A stretch of DNA of 64,000 bases, taken from assembly GCA_001787405.1 (NCBI GenBank), contig MFWV01000003.1, positions 790-64,789 of the forward strand, read 5' to 3'. Source of the stretch: Candidatus Pacebacteria bacterium RIFOXYA1_FULL_38_18. GTDB lineage: Bacteria; Patescibacteriota; Microgenomatia; UBA1400; PJMF01. The notes below the pieces were generated by a model. The model searched no databases and was not told the origin of the DNA. It was given only the letters and a program-made list of their open reading frames with translations. A program made the position numbers and the translations under genes. This document shows, piece by piece, positions 39,389 to 49,634 of the stretch (its first letter is position 1; every line of letters begins with the position of its first letter).

Positions 39389-39904
39389 ATGAAGAATGTT
39401 TTGTTTTTCTTATCAATCGGTGGTTTGATTGCAGGAACTATATTCTTACTGTCTTATATTACCAATCCTCAAATCGAAGATAAATTTGATCCTAAAAAAA
39501 TGGCAGCTTTTTTTCTGGAACAGGTAAAGCCGGCGCAAGTTGGTGAACTGAAAAGTGACACAGAAGTAAATGTGGTTTTAACATCAGCAGCTGAACTAGG
39601 TTATATCCCAAATGATATTGATGCCATTCGGCAAAAATTGGCTGAAAGATTTAGTTTGACAGTAGAACAAGTGCAAATTACTTTGGGAACTGATAGTACG
39701 TCAGAATTTGCCACTGGGCTGGTCAATGTAGGAGAAGGTGATAAAGGTGGAATTTATTTTGCAGCCAAAACGGAGACGGGTTGGGAAATTGCTCATGATG
39801 GAAGAGGAATTCTGGAATGTTCACAGGCAAATAAATATGGTTTTCCGACAGGTTTGATTCCGCGTTGTTTTGATTTGGAAACAGGACTAAATGTGGATCG
39901 ATAG
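39389..39904 (+). CDS. Hypothetical exported protein
   Basis: N-terminal TM/signal; co-directional with the cupredoxin and DsbA genes and 4 bp after the DsbA stop. Confidence 0.55.
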   Translation: MKNVLFFLSIGGLIAGTIFLLSYITNPQIEDKFDPKKMAAFFLEQVKPAQVGELKSDTEVNVVLTSAAELGYIPNDIDAIRQKLAERFSLTVEQVQITLGTDSTSEFATGLVNVGEGDKGGIYFAAKTETGWEIAHDGRGILECSQANKYGFPTGLIPRCFDLETGLNVDR

Positions 39905-39905
39905 A

Positions 39906-40868
39906 TTAATTTTTCTTTTTTAATCCCTGCCAGCTTCCCCACATCACGGCTAAGTCAGAGGTGATTTGTAAGACGGGTAGCCACCACCAGCTTTGAGGGG
40001 TATAGCGTTTATTTTTCATGATGGACCAGATGATATAGAGCAAAATGAGGCTGGGGAAAAATAAACCAGTAGCTTTGAGAGTGCCTTGGATGATGATCCA
40101 GAACAACAAGCCAAGAAAAATCAAATAACGGATAAAAATTAAGACAACCTTGGGACGAATAATTCCGGCCTGAATATCTCCCAGAGCAAAACGCCTGATC
40201 ATTTTCCAAAACTCAAGCAAGTTTTTTCTAGGCAACCAATAGACGAGAGCTTGTTTTGCAAAGGCAATCGGTTGTTTGGCCTGTTTGATTTTTTGGGCTA
40301 GAGCATAATCTTCATTGTGATCCAATTTTTCATCAAAGTGACCCATTTTTTGCCAGATTTTTCTACTGATCATCATAGAACGACTAGCCGGTAAAAATTG
40401 ATGCGGTCTAACTTTGTCCGGCATGACCAATACATAAGGGACAACGGCTTGTTGAAAACGAGAAGTGGGTAGACCTAAATAATAACCAGCAACAATTTGA
40501 GCTTGATGTTGTTGCTGAGCAATAATTAATTCACTCAACCAGTTTTGATGAGGAATACAACCAGCATCAGTAATAGCTAGCCAGTGATATTTGGCTTGTT
40601 TAATACCCCAATTTCGTCCAACACTACGATTGCCTTTTTTGGTTAGTAATTTTATTTTTTTACCAATTTTTTTATTTTTTTGCCAATGAGTAATTATTTT
40701 TTTTGTGCGGTCAGATGAGCCACCATCCACGATGATAATTTCATTGGGCAATATTACCTGATTGGCGATCCCTTTTAGGAGCCAATCAATGGTTGATTCT
40801 TCATTCAAACAAGTTATAACTAATGAGACTTTCACAAACGTTATTATAAACTGATTTAAACATGGCAC
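39906..40868 (-). CDS. Glycosyltransferase family 2 with C-terminal TM helices
   Basis: VSLVITCLNEES...IIVDGGSSDRT GT-A DxD region; C-terminal membrane segments. Confidence 0.8.
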   Translation of the reverse strand: MPCLNQFIITFVKVSLVITCLNEESTIDWLLKGIANQVILPNEIIIVDGGSSDRTKKIITHWQKNKKIGKKIKLLTKKGNRSVGRNWGIKQAKYHWLAITDAGCIPHQNWLSELIIAQQQHQAQIVAGYYLGLPTSRFQQAVVPYVLVMPDKVRPHQFLPASRSMMISRKIWQKMGHFDEKLDHNEDYALAQKIKQAKQPIAFAKQALVYWLPRKNLLEFWKMIRRFALGDIQAGIIRPKVVLIFIRYLIFLGLLFWIIIQGTLKATGLFFPSLILLYIIWSIMKNKRYTPQSWWWLPVLQITSDLAVMWGSWQGLKKKN

Positions 40869-41866
40869 GAATTTTGATAATTACTCCTTCTTATAGTCCG
40901 CGTTTGGGAGGTGTGGAGAAACATGTCTGGCACACCAGTTTGCAATTGGTAAAGAGCGGATTTTCTGTGAAGATTTTAACTCAGCGGTTTATTAAACTGC
41001 CAGCTCAAGCAGTCAAAAAAGGTATTCCCATTTATCGTTTCTCATTTCCAGAAAAGCGCTTTATTGGTTTGCTGACTATTTGGTGGAAATTGCTGACACA
41101 GTATTTACGGTTGATTTGGCAAGCGGACATTATTCATATTCATGATGTTTTTATTTGGTATTTACCATTGCGATTGGTGTTTTTTTGGAAACCAGTGGTC
41201 ACGACTTTTCATGGTTGGGAAGGAATTTATCCAGTGCCTCTCAAAAATATTTTCATTCGGCAGTTGGCTGTTCGACTTTCAAACAAAACAGTGGCCATTG
41301 GTAAATATTTGGAAAAATATTATCACTTCAAAGCAGATAAAGTTTTGTATGGAGCAGTCAATGCTCCTGTTTCACCTACTAAAAAACAAAAATTATGTGT
41401 CTATGTTGGTCGATTGGATTATGACACTGGCTTGCCGGTGTTGTTGCAAGTTTTACAAGCTGGTGGTTGGTCGGGCAGAGTGGTATTTTGTGGTGATGGA
41501 TTATTGAAAGAACAAGCCAAGGCGGTGGGTGAGGTAAAGGGATTTGTTGATCCTCGTCCATATCTAAAAAAAGCGCAAATAGTTTTTGCTGGTGGTTATT
41601 TGTCTATTTTGGAGGCATTTGCCCATCAGTGTGCAGTAGTTGCTGCCGAAAAAAATCCCTTAAAAAAAGATTATTATTTACGCTCACCCTTTGCCAATTG
41701 GCTGACGGTAGTCAATAGCGCTGATGAATTAAAAAGCTGGCTGATGGTTCGAGAAAAAAATCCCAGATTGATGAATAGTTCAGTTAAACAAGCTTACTCT
41801 TGGGTAAAAAATCAAACTTGGCAGACAATGACAAATCAATACATCAAGCTTTATCGGCAGTTGTGA
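40862..41866 (+). CDS. Glycosyltransferase family 4 (GT-B)
   Basis: MARILIITPSYSPRLGGVEKHV N-terminus with a GT4-like C-terminal domain. Confidence 0.75.
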   Translation: MARILIITPSYSPRLGGVEKHVWHTSLQLVKSGFSVKILTQRFIKLPAQAVKKGIPIYRFSFPEKRFIGLLTIWWKLLTQYLRLIWQADIIHIHDVFIWYLPLRLVFFWKPVVTTFHGWEGIYPVPLKNIFIRQLAVRLSNKTVAIGKYLEKYYHFKADKVLYGAVNAPVSPTKKQKLCVYVGRLDYDTGLPVLLQVLQAGGWSGRVVFCGDGLLKEQAKAVGEVKGFVDPRPYLKKAQIVFAGGYLSILEAFAHQCAVVAAEKNPLKKDYYLRSPFANWLTVVNSADELKSWLMVREKNPRLMNSSVKQAYSWVKNQTWQTMTNQYIKLYRQL

Positions 41867-41877
41867 TTTTGGAAAGT

Positions 41878-42903
41878 TTAGAGATGTCTTGATTTTTTAC
41901 GTAAAGTTTCAAATAAGTAGGTTAAAGAGTAAAGAGGCGAGGTAGGCAGATCGTGGGCTGGTAAATAAGCTATTTCTTGTCCGCCGAAACCTCGTTTGAA
42001 AATAGAAACTCCAGCAAAACGATGCTGAGTTTCATCTTTGGGAGCTACTCCCCAAAAATTATAAGCAGTGCAACCTCTTTGTTTGGCTTCCAGAATGGCT
42101 CTCCATTGCACAGCGTAGGAACCAGGCAAGCGATCATTGTCTGGTGTGGAGATACCGTAGTGATAAACCGCTTCACGGTTGTAAAACAGTACGTAAGCGG
42201 TGGCCAGTAATTGATCATTTAGATAACTAGAAATAAGAGCGGCCTGATCATCATTGGCAAAAACCTGAAATTGCTCATAAAGAAAATCATAAGTAAAAGG
42301 AATGAAGTGATGTTTCTGAGCCAACTTTAATTGATAGTCAAAGAATTCTTTTATTTTTTCTGGATTTTTGGAAATTTGCGTGAGTATATTTTTTTTCTCC
42401 GCACTGCGCACTTCATAGCGAGTATTTTTACGCATGCCAGCCAGAATTTCTTCATCGGTTTGAGTGAGATCCAATTGAAGAGTTAAGTCCGCAGTCAAAT
42501 GCATTGGTGAAAGTTTGAGACCCAGTTTTTCCAGTTTTTGACGTAATTCTGGAGAATCCAATTCTTGTGGTCGAAAGCGAACAAATAAACATTTTTCTTG
42601 ATTTGCCAAGCTTTTTAAAAAGGAAAATATTTCTGATAACTCTTGATCACTGAGAGTTTGCCAATTGATCAATGGTCCGCCCGCCAGTGATAAATAATTG
42701 CCTCTTTTGGCTGTTTCTTTGACGATCATGAGTGATCCCACTGTTTCCGTTTGATTCATTACAAAAAAACGAAAGACAGTTTTGCCCAATTTATTTTGAA
42801 AAGTTCCCCAATTCCAAGATTGTAAAAAATTTGCTTCAGGTCTCGTGGCAAGATAAGTTTCCCAAGTTTGTTTGTCCTCAATAGTATTAAATGAAAATGA
42901 CAT
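41878..42903 (-). CDS. FemAB-family peptidoglycan interpeptide aminoacyltransferase
   Basis: N-terminal FLQSWNWG motif and overall FemX-like length (341 aa), GNAT-like duplicated fold. Confidence 0.7.
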   Translation of the reverse strand: MSFSFNTIEDKQTWETYLATRPEANFLQSWNWGTFQNKLGKTVFRFFVMNQTETVGSLMIVKETAKRGNYLSLAGGPLINWQTLSDQELSEIFSFLKSLANQEKCLFVRFRPQELDSPELRQKLEKLGLKLSPMHLTADLTLQLDLTQTDEEILAGMRKNTRYEVRSAEKKNILTQISKNPEKIKEFFDYQLKLAQKHHFIPFTYDFLYEQFQVFANDDQAALISSYLNDQLLATAYVLFYNREAVYHYGISTPDNDRLPGSYAVQWRAILEAKQRGCTAYNFWGVAPKDETQHRFAGVSIFKRGFGGQEIAYLPAHDLPTSPLYSLTYLFETLRKKSRHL

Positions 42904-42913
42904 TTTATTTTTT

Positions 42914-44164
42914 TTATTTTTTAAAATATTTTTTAATTAAATTGGTAATTTTTTGGGCTTGGGCAATAGTAATTTTGGGGTGAGTGGGTAGATTAATAAT
43001 AGTGTCAGCCAGTTGTTCTGCTTGTGGACAGGACTTGGATTCATAATTGGTAGCACAATTTAGTTTGCCACAATCAACGGGTGAGCGATACCAGCGATCA
43101 GTGAGATGAACTTGGTGGCGTTTGAGAAAATGGAGCAATTTTTTGGGGTGATCAGTAGTGGCAGCCCATCTTAGTAATGAGGCGTGATCGAGGGTTTCAG
43201 CTCGAGTGAGAGGGTGTAGGGGTATATTGGTCAGATTTTTTAGATAAAAGATGGCAATTTTTTGACGATGAAAGCGAGTTTGATCAAGATTTTTTAATTG
43301 TAGTAATGCAAGTTGAGCTAGACTATTGGGTAAAGTAGTTGCTTGGGTGGTTGGTGATTGGGTGGGATTATTCATCAAACCCAAAAGAGTCAGGCTTTTG
43401 TGAATAATTTTTCCCAAACCTATGGAATAAGTAGCGCGAATCAACCAGGTGAAAAAGGGATAGGTTAGGTCTTTGAGCACCATGGCGGTGGGTGGAAAAT
43501 CGAGGGTGGGTGGAGTGAGTGATGAGTTGCGGAAGATAACGGCGCCACCGCTGACGGCGTCGATTACTTTGTCACGACCAAAAGACAAGACAATGGTATC
43601 GGCTAGACTTCCGAGTGGTTTGCTTGAGCTTCCGCCGTCCAAAGCGGTGGCGCCATAACTTTGTGCCAAGTCTTCGATCAAAACTAATTGATGTTTGTCA
43701 CACCAATCTTTGATTTTGGTAATCTCTGCCGGATGGCCCAAAGAATGTTGTACGATGACGGCTCGTACTTGTTGGGGGTGTTGATGATAAAGTTCATAGG
43801 CTTGTTGAAGAGTCTCGACCGTCAGATTTAGCTGACCTTTACCTACATCTGTATAACCAGGTTTGGCTCTGGCTCTGAGAATGCCCTCTTCTATGGCATA
43901 ACAAGCAAAAGCCTGAGTCAGAATAACATCACTTGATTTGGTAAAACCATGAGTGATGAGGGCTACTTGAATAGCATCGCGACCTTTGTAAGTGAGAATT
44001 ACTTGTCCACCAAATTTTTTGATTAACTGATTTTCCAACTGCTTGCTTGCAGTGGTTGAAGGCTTATTTGTCAAAAGCGAACCGATCAGAGTTTGCCAAA
44101 ACAAACGGATGCTAAGCAACACAAAACGGAAGGAATAATGAGCGCCCAAACTTGCACTAATCAT
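42914..44164 (-). CDS. DegT/DnrJ/EryC1/StrS-family PLP-dependent aminotransferase-like protein
   Basis: DAIQVAL...DVILTQAF...LIEDLAQSYGA...SFGRDKVI (PLP-lysine context) pattern. The N-terminus of the track ORF may be over-extended. Confidence 0.6.
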   Translation of the reverse strand: MISASLGAHYSFRFVLLSIRLFWQTLIGSLLTNKPSTTASKQLENQLIKKFGGQVILTYKGRDAIQVALITHGFTKSSDVILTQAFACYAIEEGILRARAKPGYTDVGKGQLNLTVETLQQAYELYHQHPQQVRAVIVQHSLGHPAEITKIKDWCDKHQLVLIEDLAQSYGATALDGGSSSKPLGSLADTIVLSFGRDKVIDAVSGGAVIFRNSSLTPPTLDFPPTAMVLKDLTYPFFTWLIRATYSIGLGKIIHKSLTLLGLMNNPTQSPTTQATTLPNSLAQLALLQLKNLDQTRFHRQKIAIFYLKNLTNIPLHPLTRAETLDHASLLRWAATTDHPKKLLHFLKRHQVHLTDRWYRSPVDCGKLNCATNYESKSCPQAEQLADTIINLPTHPKITIAQAQKITNLIKKYFKK

Positions 44165-45614
44165 ATGTTCTTGCCAATAATTTTTGTAACCAAATATGAA
44201 TGTGTCCTTCTATCAAAAGCACGTCTTCTTCATTTAGTTTTTGCAATGTCAAACGGATATTTTCGGTTTTGTTAGTCATATTTGGGCCGAATACTTCACG
44301 GAAAATATGTAGGCCGTCTATACCAGTGTAGAGCACTAGATCAGTTATTTTTTTGGCTGCTTGCGCAAGTTTTAGATGGATTTCGTCTGATTGATTGCCC
44401 AAATCAATGATGCCACTGGTCAGCAATAGAGTATTTTTACCCTGTTTTTTAAAATACTCCAATAATTCTAGCGCTCCCAAAAAACCCTCTGGATTACTAG
44501 TTTTGCTGTCGTTGATAATGGTGAAGCCTTGCTGATGTTGGTAGACTCGGAGAAAATTTTCGGTAGGCAAAAACTGAGTCAATCCCAGGTGAATTTTGGC
44601 TGTGGGCACTTGAAGAAACTCAGCCACTGCGATGGCTGCTTGAATGGCTTTCGTGGCGTAGAGCATTGATAAATGAGTCTGTACGGTTTTATTTTTCCAG
44701 CTAAATTGCAGCTTACCATTGTCATTTAGTTTTACTTTGGTAAGTGAGATCACTGACTTGGGTCCGGTATAAGCCACGGCCTTTTTGCTGGGGTCTTGTT
44801 CACAAACTTTATGAGTTAATTCGTCACTGCCATTATAAAAAACTTGACCGGTAAGCTTGGTAGCTTTGACCAACTCTCCTTTGGCTTTGATAATATTTTC
44901 TAGACTGCCAAATAGAGCTAAATGTTGATGAGTGACACCAGTGATGATGCTCAGTTCTGGTGGAAACCAATGTGCCAAACGACGAATCTCTCCTTTTTTA
45001 TAAGCAGCAAACTCCAAAAAAAGAATCTCCTCTCCTTGGTAGTGACGTAAAATAGCCCAAGCTACCGAAAGAGGCGTGTTGTGTGATTTGATGGGTGTAA
45101 AGACCGTAAATTGTTTGGAGAGAACGTGAGTTACTAAGTGTCTGGTGGTAGTTTTTCCGTAACTGCCGGTAATGCCAATGATTTTGGGTTTGGAAAAAGA
45201 AACTTTTCTTTGAGCTAAAAACAACATCACCAAACTCAAACTAGATTTGAAAATCTCGGTAATAAAACTAATCAATCCTGGAAAAAGAGGGACGAGCAAA
45301 TAAGCAGTAATCGGCAACCACCAGAAATTAAACAAATAAGCCACAGTAAGAACATAGCCCATTAATACCAAACTTAAAAAACCAGTGATGATGGCTCGGA
45401 TAGTAAGGACTGGCCGTTTGAGTCCAGTACGAGTAAAGTCGGTTTTTTGTGGAAGAACTCGCAATAATTCATGCAAACCCTCTTCCGAAAGTAAGAATTG
45501 CCATAAACGATCTGCACGATATTCTTTTTGTTGATTCCAAGCCAGCCAGCGCAATAGCCTGATCAAAATCAAAGGCAAAAAAATGATAATGATAAAGATG
45601 ACGAAGATTGACAT
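44157..45614 (-). CDS. murF: Mur ligase family protein (MurF-like) with about 125-aa N-terminal transmembrane extension
   Basis: P-loop IIGITGSYGKTTT and a C-terminal NDSKTSNPE motif (matching MurF DDSYNANP), preceded by 3-4 predicted TM helices. Confidence 0.7.
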   Translation of the reverse strand: MSIFVIFIIIIFLPLILIRLLRWLAWNQQKEYRADRLWQFLLSEEGLHELLRVLPQKTDFTRTGLKRPVLTIRAIITGFLSLVLMGYVLTVAYLFNFWWLPITAYLLVPLFPGLISFITEIFKSSLSLVMLFLAQRKVSFSKPKIIGITGSYGKTTTRHLVTHVLSKQFTVFTPIKSHNTPLSVAWAILRHYQGEEILFLEFAAYKKGEIRRLAHWFPPELSIITGVTHQHLALFGSLENIIKAKGELVKATKLTGQVFYNGSDELTHKVCEQDPSKKAVAYTGPKSVISLTKVKLNDNGKLQFSWKNKTVQTHLSMLYATKAIQAAIAVAEFLQVPTAKIHLGLTQFLPTENFLRVYQHQQGFTIINDSKTSNPEGFLGALELLEYFKKQGKNTLLLTSGIIDLGNQSDEIHLKLAQAAKKITDLVLYTGIDGLHIFREVFGPNMTNKTENIRLTLQKLNEEDVLLIEGHIHIWLQKLLARTYD

Positions 45615-45616
45615 TT

Positions 45617-46399
45617 TTAATTATTTTTAATAAATTTTTCTACTAAATCTACTACTGCTTCAGGATGAGTATAGACTGCCGAGTGACGGGCGTTTGGTAA
45701 TATTTTCAATTGAGCCTGAGGAATAGTTTGAGCGATTTTGCGACCAAGAGCCAAAGGAGTAACCCGATCAGCCTCTCCCCAAATGACCAGCGTGGGAATT
45801 TTGAGTTGTGGTAAATCAGTTTTAATTTCATCAGCCAGGATATTTCTCATGGTTGCTTGTTGGGTAGGGGAAGCTTCGTAATAATCTGTTTCTCTGGCAA
45901 AGCGATAAAGCAAGCGACGCAAAGTCGGAGATTTAGTCAGGGTTTTACCAGCTTTGGCTAAAGTTCTAAAAACTAAACGTTTAATTACTTTGGTAAAAGC
46001 CGGATCAATAATGCCTGAATTATCCACCAAAATTAATCCTCTTACCTTGTTTGAATTTAATCTAGCAAATCTGATGGCCAATTGACCGCCAAACGAATGA
46101 CCGAGTAAGAAAAATGAATCTAGAGTTTTGGTTTTATTTTCCAACCACGCTACATAGTCTGACAAAGTGAGGGGTTTTTCTGGTGCTTGAGCTAGACCCG
46201 GTAATGGCCAGAAATGTACTTTCAAGCCAGTTTTTTTGAGAAGTTCCAAGATGGGTTGCCACTTGGTGACAACGTTGTGATCCAAAGTCCAACCATGCAA
46301 GACAACCAAATGACGAATTTCTGTTTTAAGTTTGACCATAAGTCTTTCTGGAAGTTTATTATATGATAAAAGAGCTTGATCTGACAGCTTATGAAACAA
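45617..46399 (-). CDS. Alpha/beta-hydrolase fold protein
   Basis: GHSFGG nucleophile elbow with HGW and C-terminal His/Asp blocks. Confidence 0.8.
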   Translation of the reverse strand: MFHKLSDQALLSYNKLPERLMVKLKTEIRHLVVLHGWTLDHNVVTKWQPILELLKKTGLKVHFWPLPGLAQAPEKPLTLSDYVAWLENKTKTLDSFFLLGHSFGGQLAIRFARLNSNKVRGLILVDNSGIIDPAFTKVIKRLVFRTLAKAGKTLTKSPTLRRLLYRFARETDYYEASPTQQATMRNILADEIKTDLPQLKIPTLVIWGEADRVTPLALGRKIAQTIPQAQLKILPNARHSAVYTHPEAVVDLVEKFIKNN

Positions 46400-47761
46400 C
46401 AGATGCCCAAAATTCTCAAATATTTTTTACTAATAGGAGCCGCGCTCGCTGTGTTGCTGTTCACCGCCCTGATAGCAACTTTTTGTGGCCTACGACAATT
46501 TACCAGAGGGAATGTCGCTCGCGCCCACACCCTCTTTCGTTTAGCCACTCCAATCAGCTGGACTGCTTCTCGTCTGAGTTTTCGCTCGGTCGAGACCTTG
46601 GAAGTTTGGTACGCCCTGAATTTATTATTTACCCAGGGGGGTAAATACTTGGTTTTATTACAAAACTCTGATGAAATCAGAGCCACTGGTGGTTTTATTG
46701 GTTCTTATGCGGTTTTGGATTTGGATAGTGCTGAACCTTTGCGTTTGGAGATTCGTGATATGTACGATCCCAGTGGCATTAGTCAAACCTTGCCTTCACC
46801 GCCAGGTCAAGCTGAATATTTGAGCGAAGGCAGGGGCATGAAACTAATTGACGCCAATTGGAACCCAGATTTTCCCACTTCTGCCAAACAGATTTTGCAA
46901 TATTTTGCGGTTATTCCTGATGATCCGCAAACATTTACTGGAGTGATTGCTTTACCACTGACCACCATAGAAAGTTTGATTAATAGTCTGGGAGGAGTTT
47001 ATCTAGTAGATCAACAGCAGATGATCAATGGTGATGATTTGGCTACCGTTATTCGTCAAGATCGTGAGCAGTTTTTTGCCGGTAGTAAGGAGAAGGCTCA
47101 ATCATTGCAAGCTCTTTACACTGCTTTGAAACTAAGCTTGAATCAATTGTCTTTAATCGAAAGTTGGCAATTATGGCAGAGCATGCAACAAGCCAAGTTT
47201 TGGCAAGAAATTCAAGTTTTTGCTCAAACTGCCAAACTCCAAAATGCTCTGGATAGTGCTCAGCTGACTGGTGCCTTGATGAATTATCAGCCTCAAGACG
47301 TATTTGTTTTTCCAGTAGAATCAAATGTGGGTATCAATAAGGCCAATCGCAAAGTTAGTAGACACCTAACAGCTAGGCTGAAAGATCAACAACTTATCTT
47401 GACCACTAAGTTTCAGAATGATTTCACAAAGACCGAGCGCCCTGTTTTGTCAGCAGATTCTGATTATGCGGTAGCGCCTCATTTGGCCTATGTAAATTAT
47501 TATCGATTGCTGACCAGACCGGACATGAAAGTAGAGCAAATCAAGATCAATGGGGAGCCGGTTGCAACTTGGGATGATACGGAAATTACCAGCGCAGCAG
47601 GGTTGGTTTATCGGCAGATTGGTTTTTTGGTAGTAGTCTTGGAACAAAAGCAAACAGAGGTGCAAATTGAGTTTAGTGTTCCAGTTATCAGCAAGCCTCG
47701 TTTGATTATTCCGCGTCAAGTTGGTTTGCGCTATACCTCTATCACTGACAGTATAGAATAG
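46391..47761 (+). CDS. Exported protein, possibly DUF4012-like
   Basis: N-terminal TM and an [18 protein letters not shown] motif that I recall as characteristic of DUF4012; low certainty. Confidence 0.5.
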   Translation: MKQQMPKILKYFLLIGAALAVLLFTALIATFCGLRQFTRGNVARAHTLFRLATPISWTASRLSFRSVETLEVWYALNLLFTQGGKYLVLLQNSDEIRATGGFIGSYAVLDLDSAEPLRLEIRDMYDPSGISQTLPSPPGQAEYLSEGRGMKLIDANWNPDFPTSAKQILQYFAVIPDDPQTFTGVIALPLTTIESLINSLGGVYLVDQQQMINGDDLATVIRQDREQFFAGSKEKAQSLQALYTALKLSLNQLSLIESWQLWQSMQQAKFWQEIQVFAQTAKLQNALDSAQLTGALMNYQPQDVFVFPVESNVGINKANRKVSRHLTARLKDQQLILTTKFQNDFTKTERPVLSADSDYAVAPHLAYVNYYRLLTRPDMKVEQIKINGEPVATWDDTEITSAAGLVYRQIGFLVVVLEQKQTEVQIEFSVPVISKPRLIIPRQVGLRYTSITDSIE

Positions 47762-47765
47762 GGAA

Positions 47766-48854
47766 GTGATGACGATTACTATTGATCAAATTCAAAAATT
47801 ACTAGATCAGGCTCAATCATTTTTAAAGACTACTGATCAAAAAATTTGGCAAGATGAGCTGGCTACTTTGGAACAAGAATCGGCCAAACCTGGTTTTTGG
47901 GATCAGTCTGAAGCTCAAACCAAGATTCAGCGCCTGGCTTGGTTGCGTCATAAATTAGATTCCCTCGCGGAGCTGGAAAAGTTGCTCAATGATCTGCAGG
48001 CTTTTACTAATTTGACGACGGAAGAGCAAACGGCTTTTGCCGAGGAAACAGATAAAAATTATTGGCGATTGGATAAACTGCTCTCCAAACTAAAGCTGGA
48101 AAAATATTTGAGCGGTAAATACGATAGCGCTTCTGCCCTGTTATCAATTCATCCTGGTCAAGGAGGCACAGAAGCCATGGATTGGGCCGAGATACTTTCT
48201 AGAATGTATGCCAGATATTTTGAGAGAACTGCTTGGAAATATTCGCTTGTTTCGGAAATAAAAGGTGAAGAAGCTGGCATCAAGGAAGTAGTTTATGAAG
48301 TTCAAGCTCCTTATGCATATGGTTATCTAAAACAAGAACAGGGTACCCATCGCCTAGTGCGTCTCAGTCCTTTCAATGCCGATAATTTACGTCAAACCTC
48401 ATTTGCCCTGGTAGAAGTGGCGCCTTTGCTAGAAGATACTGATGAGATTGAGTTGAAAGAAACTGATTTGGAATGGCACTTCACTCGTTCTGGAGGAGCT
48501 GGCGGTCAAAACGTGAATAAAGTAAATACGGCAGTTGAGCTCAAACACTTACCCAGTGGCATAACTATCCGTTGTCGTGAAGAAAGAAGCCAGGCTCAAA
48601 ATCGTCAGAAAGCTCTCAAAATGCTCAAATCACGTTTAGCCATCCAGGCAGAAACAGAGCAACAACAAGCATTGACCAAAGAAAAAGGCGAACACACCAA
48701 TGCCAGTTGGGGAACTCAAATTAGAAACTATGTTTTACATCCCTATCAACTAGTCAAAGACACTCGCACCAAAGTAGAAACCACTGACTCAGCAGGAGTA
48801 TTGGATGGTGAACTGGATCAGTTTATTGTGGAAGAAATTAAATTAAATAAGTAA
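47766..48854 (+). CDS. prfB: Peptide chain release factor 2 (single uninterrupted frame, no programmed frameshift)
   Basis: SPF tripeptide ([10 protein letters not shown]) and GGQ motif ([11 protein letters not shown]); 362 aa in one continuous frame. Confidence 0.9.
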   Translation: MMTITIDQIQKLLDQAQSFLKTTDQKIWQDELATLEQESAKPGFWDQSEAQTKIQRLAWLRHKLDSLAELEKLLNDLQAFTNLTTEEQTAFAEETDKNYWRLDKLLSKLKLEKYLSGKYDSASALLSIHPGQGGTEAMDWAEILSRMYARYFERTAWKYSLVSEIKGEEAGIKEVVYEVQAPYAYGYLKQEQGTHRLVRLSPFNADNLRQTSFALVEVAPLLEDTDEIELKETDLEWHFTRSGGAGGQNVNKVNTAVELKHLPSGITIRCREERSQAQNRQKALKMLKSRLAIQAETEQQQALTKEKGEHTNASWGTQIRNYVLHPYQLVKDTRTKVETTDSAGVLDGELDQFIVEEIKLNK

Positions 48855-48897
48855 ACTCAAAAGTTATTTTTACTATTCACTATTGGCTTAATATTGT

Positions 48898-49572
48898 ATG
48901 ATTAAAAACATGTCAGATAAGCCCACCCGCATTCGTACCGAAAATCTAGATGATTCAGCTAGTTCAATCAAACAAGCAAGCTCAACGCCTCAGTCAGTTT
49001 CCACTAATCAGCCGGTTGACGATCAACAATCAACCAGGCACAATCAACCAGTTAATAAAACCGTAAAAATGTCGTCTCTAGATTTGGAAAAAGAGACCAA
49101 ACAAAAAACAACCAAAAAGACAGGAACACCTATGACTACCAAACAGCGCAGAACTTTTTTAATTTTGGGAGCCGTAGCGATCGTAGCTGGTTTGGCTACT
49201 GGCTATGGAGCCTTTCGTTTACAGTTAAAATCCAATGGAGAATCTCCTGCTGCCAATCAACAAGTAGCCGGTGAAATAATCAATAATGGCGATGTCTTTG
49301 GTATAAAAGACGATCAAACTTTCAAAGATAGTGCAGAAGGATATCTGGAAAAAGGCGGGATAGATGGCGAAGGTTCTCATAGCTTGTTGCGTGAAGGAGG
49401 AGAAAGCCAGACCGTTTATTTAACTTCCTCCATTACTGATTTGGATAAATTGGTGGGTATGAAGGTGAAAGTTTGGGGTGAAACCTTCAAAAGTCAAACA
49501 GCTGGTTGGCTCATGGATGTAGGCCGGGTGCAAGTGATTGAAAAAGAGGCTACTCCACCAGTGGAAGATTAA
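48898..49572 (+). CDS. Hypothetical single-pass membrane protein
   Basis: Disordered N-terminus, one TM (FLILGAVAIVAGLATGYGAF) and a C-terminal extracytoplasmic domain; sits between prfB and ftsE. Confidence 0.55.
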   Translation: MIKNMSDKPTRIRTENLDDSASSIKQASSTPQSVSTNQPVDDQQSTRHNQPVNKTVKMSSLDLEKETKQKTTKKTGTPMTTKQRRTFLILGAVAIVAGLATGYGAFRLQLKSNGESPAANQQVAGEIINNGDVFGIKDDQTFKDSAEGYLEKGGIDGEGSHSLLREGGESQTVYLTSSITDLDKLVGMKVKVWGETFKSQTAGWLMDVGRVQVIEKEATPPVED

Positions 49573-49634
49573 GTTTGCTTTATTTTTTCAACTAGTTAAA
49601 CACTTTCTCATTCTGTTATTATGGAGTTCTAATC

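Noticed and set aside
44157-45614. Poly-gamma-glutamate synthase (PgsB/CapB) assignment for the membrane-anchored Mur-ligase protein
   Set aside because: The C-terminal NDSKTSNPE motif and domain length match MurF-type ligases better than CapB. This was kept as an alternative to test by phylogeny.
47766-47850. Programmed +1 frameshift site in prfB
   Set aside because: The ORF is continuous from the ATG, with no internal in-frame TGA or CTTTGAC heptamer in the first 30 codons.
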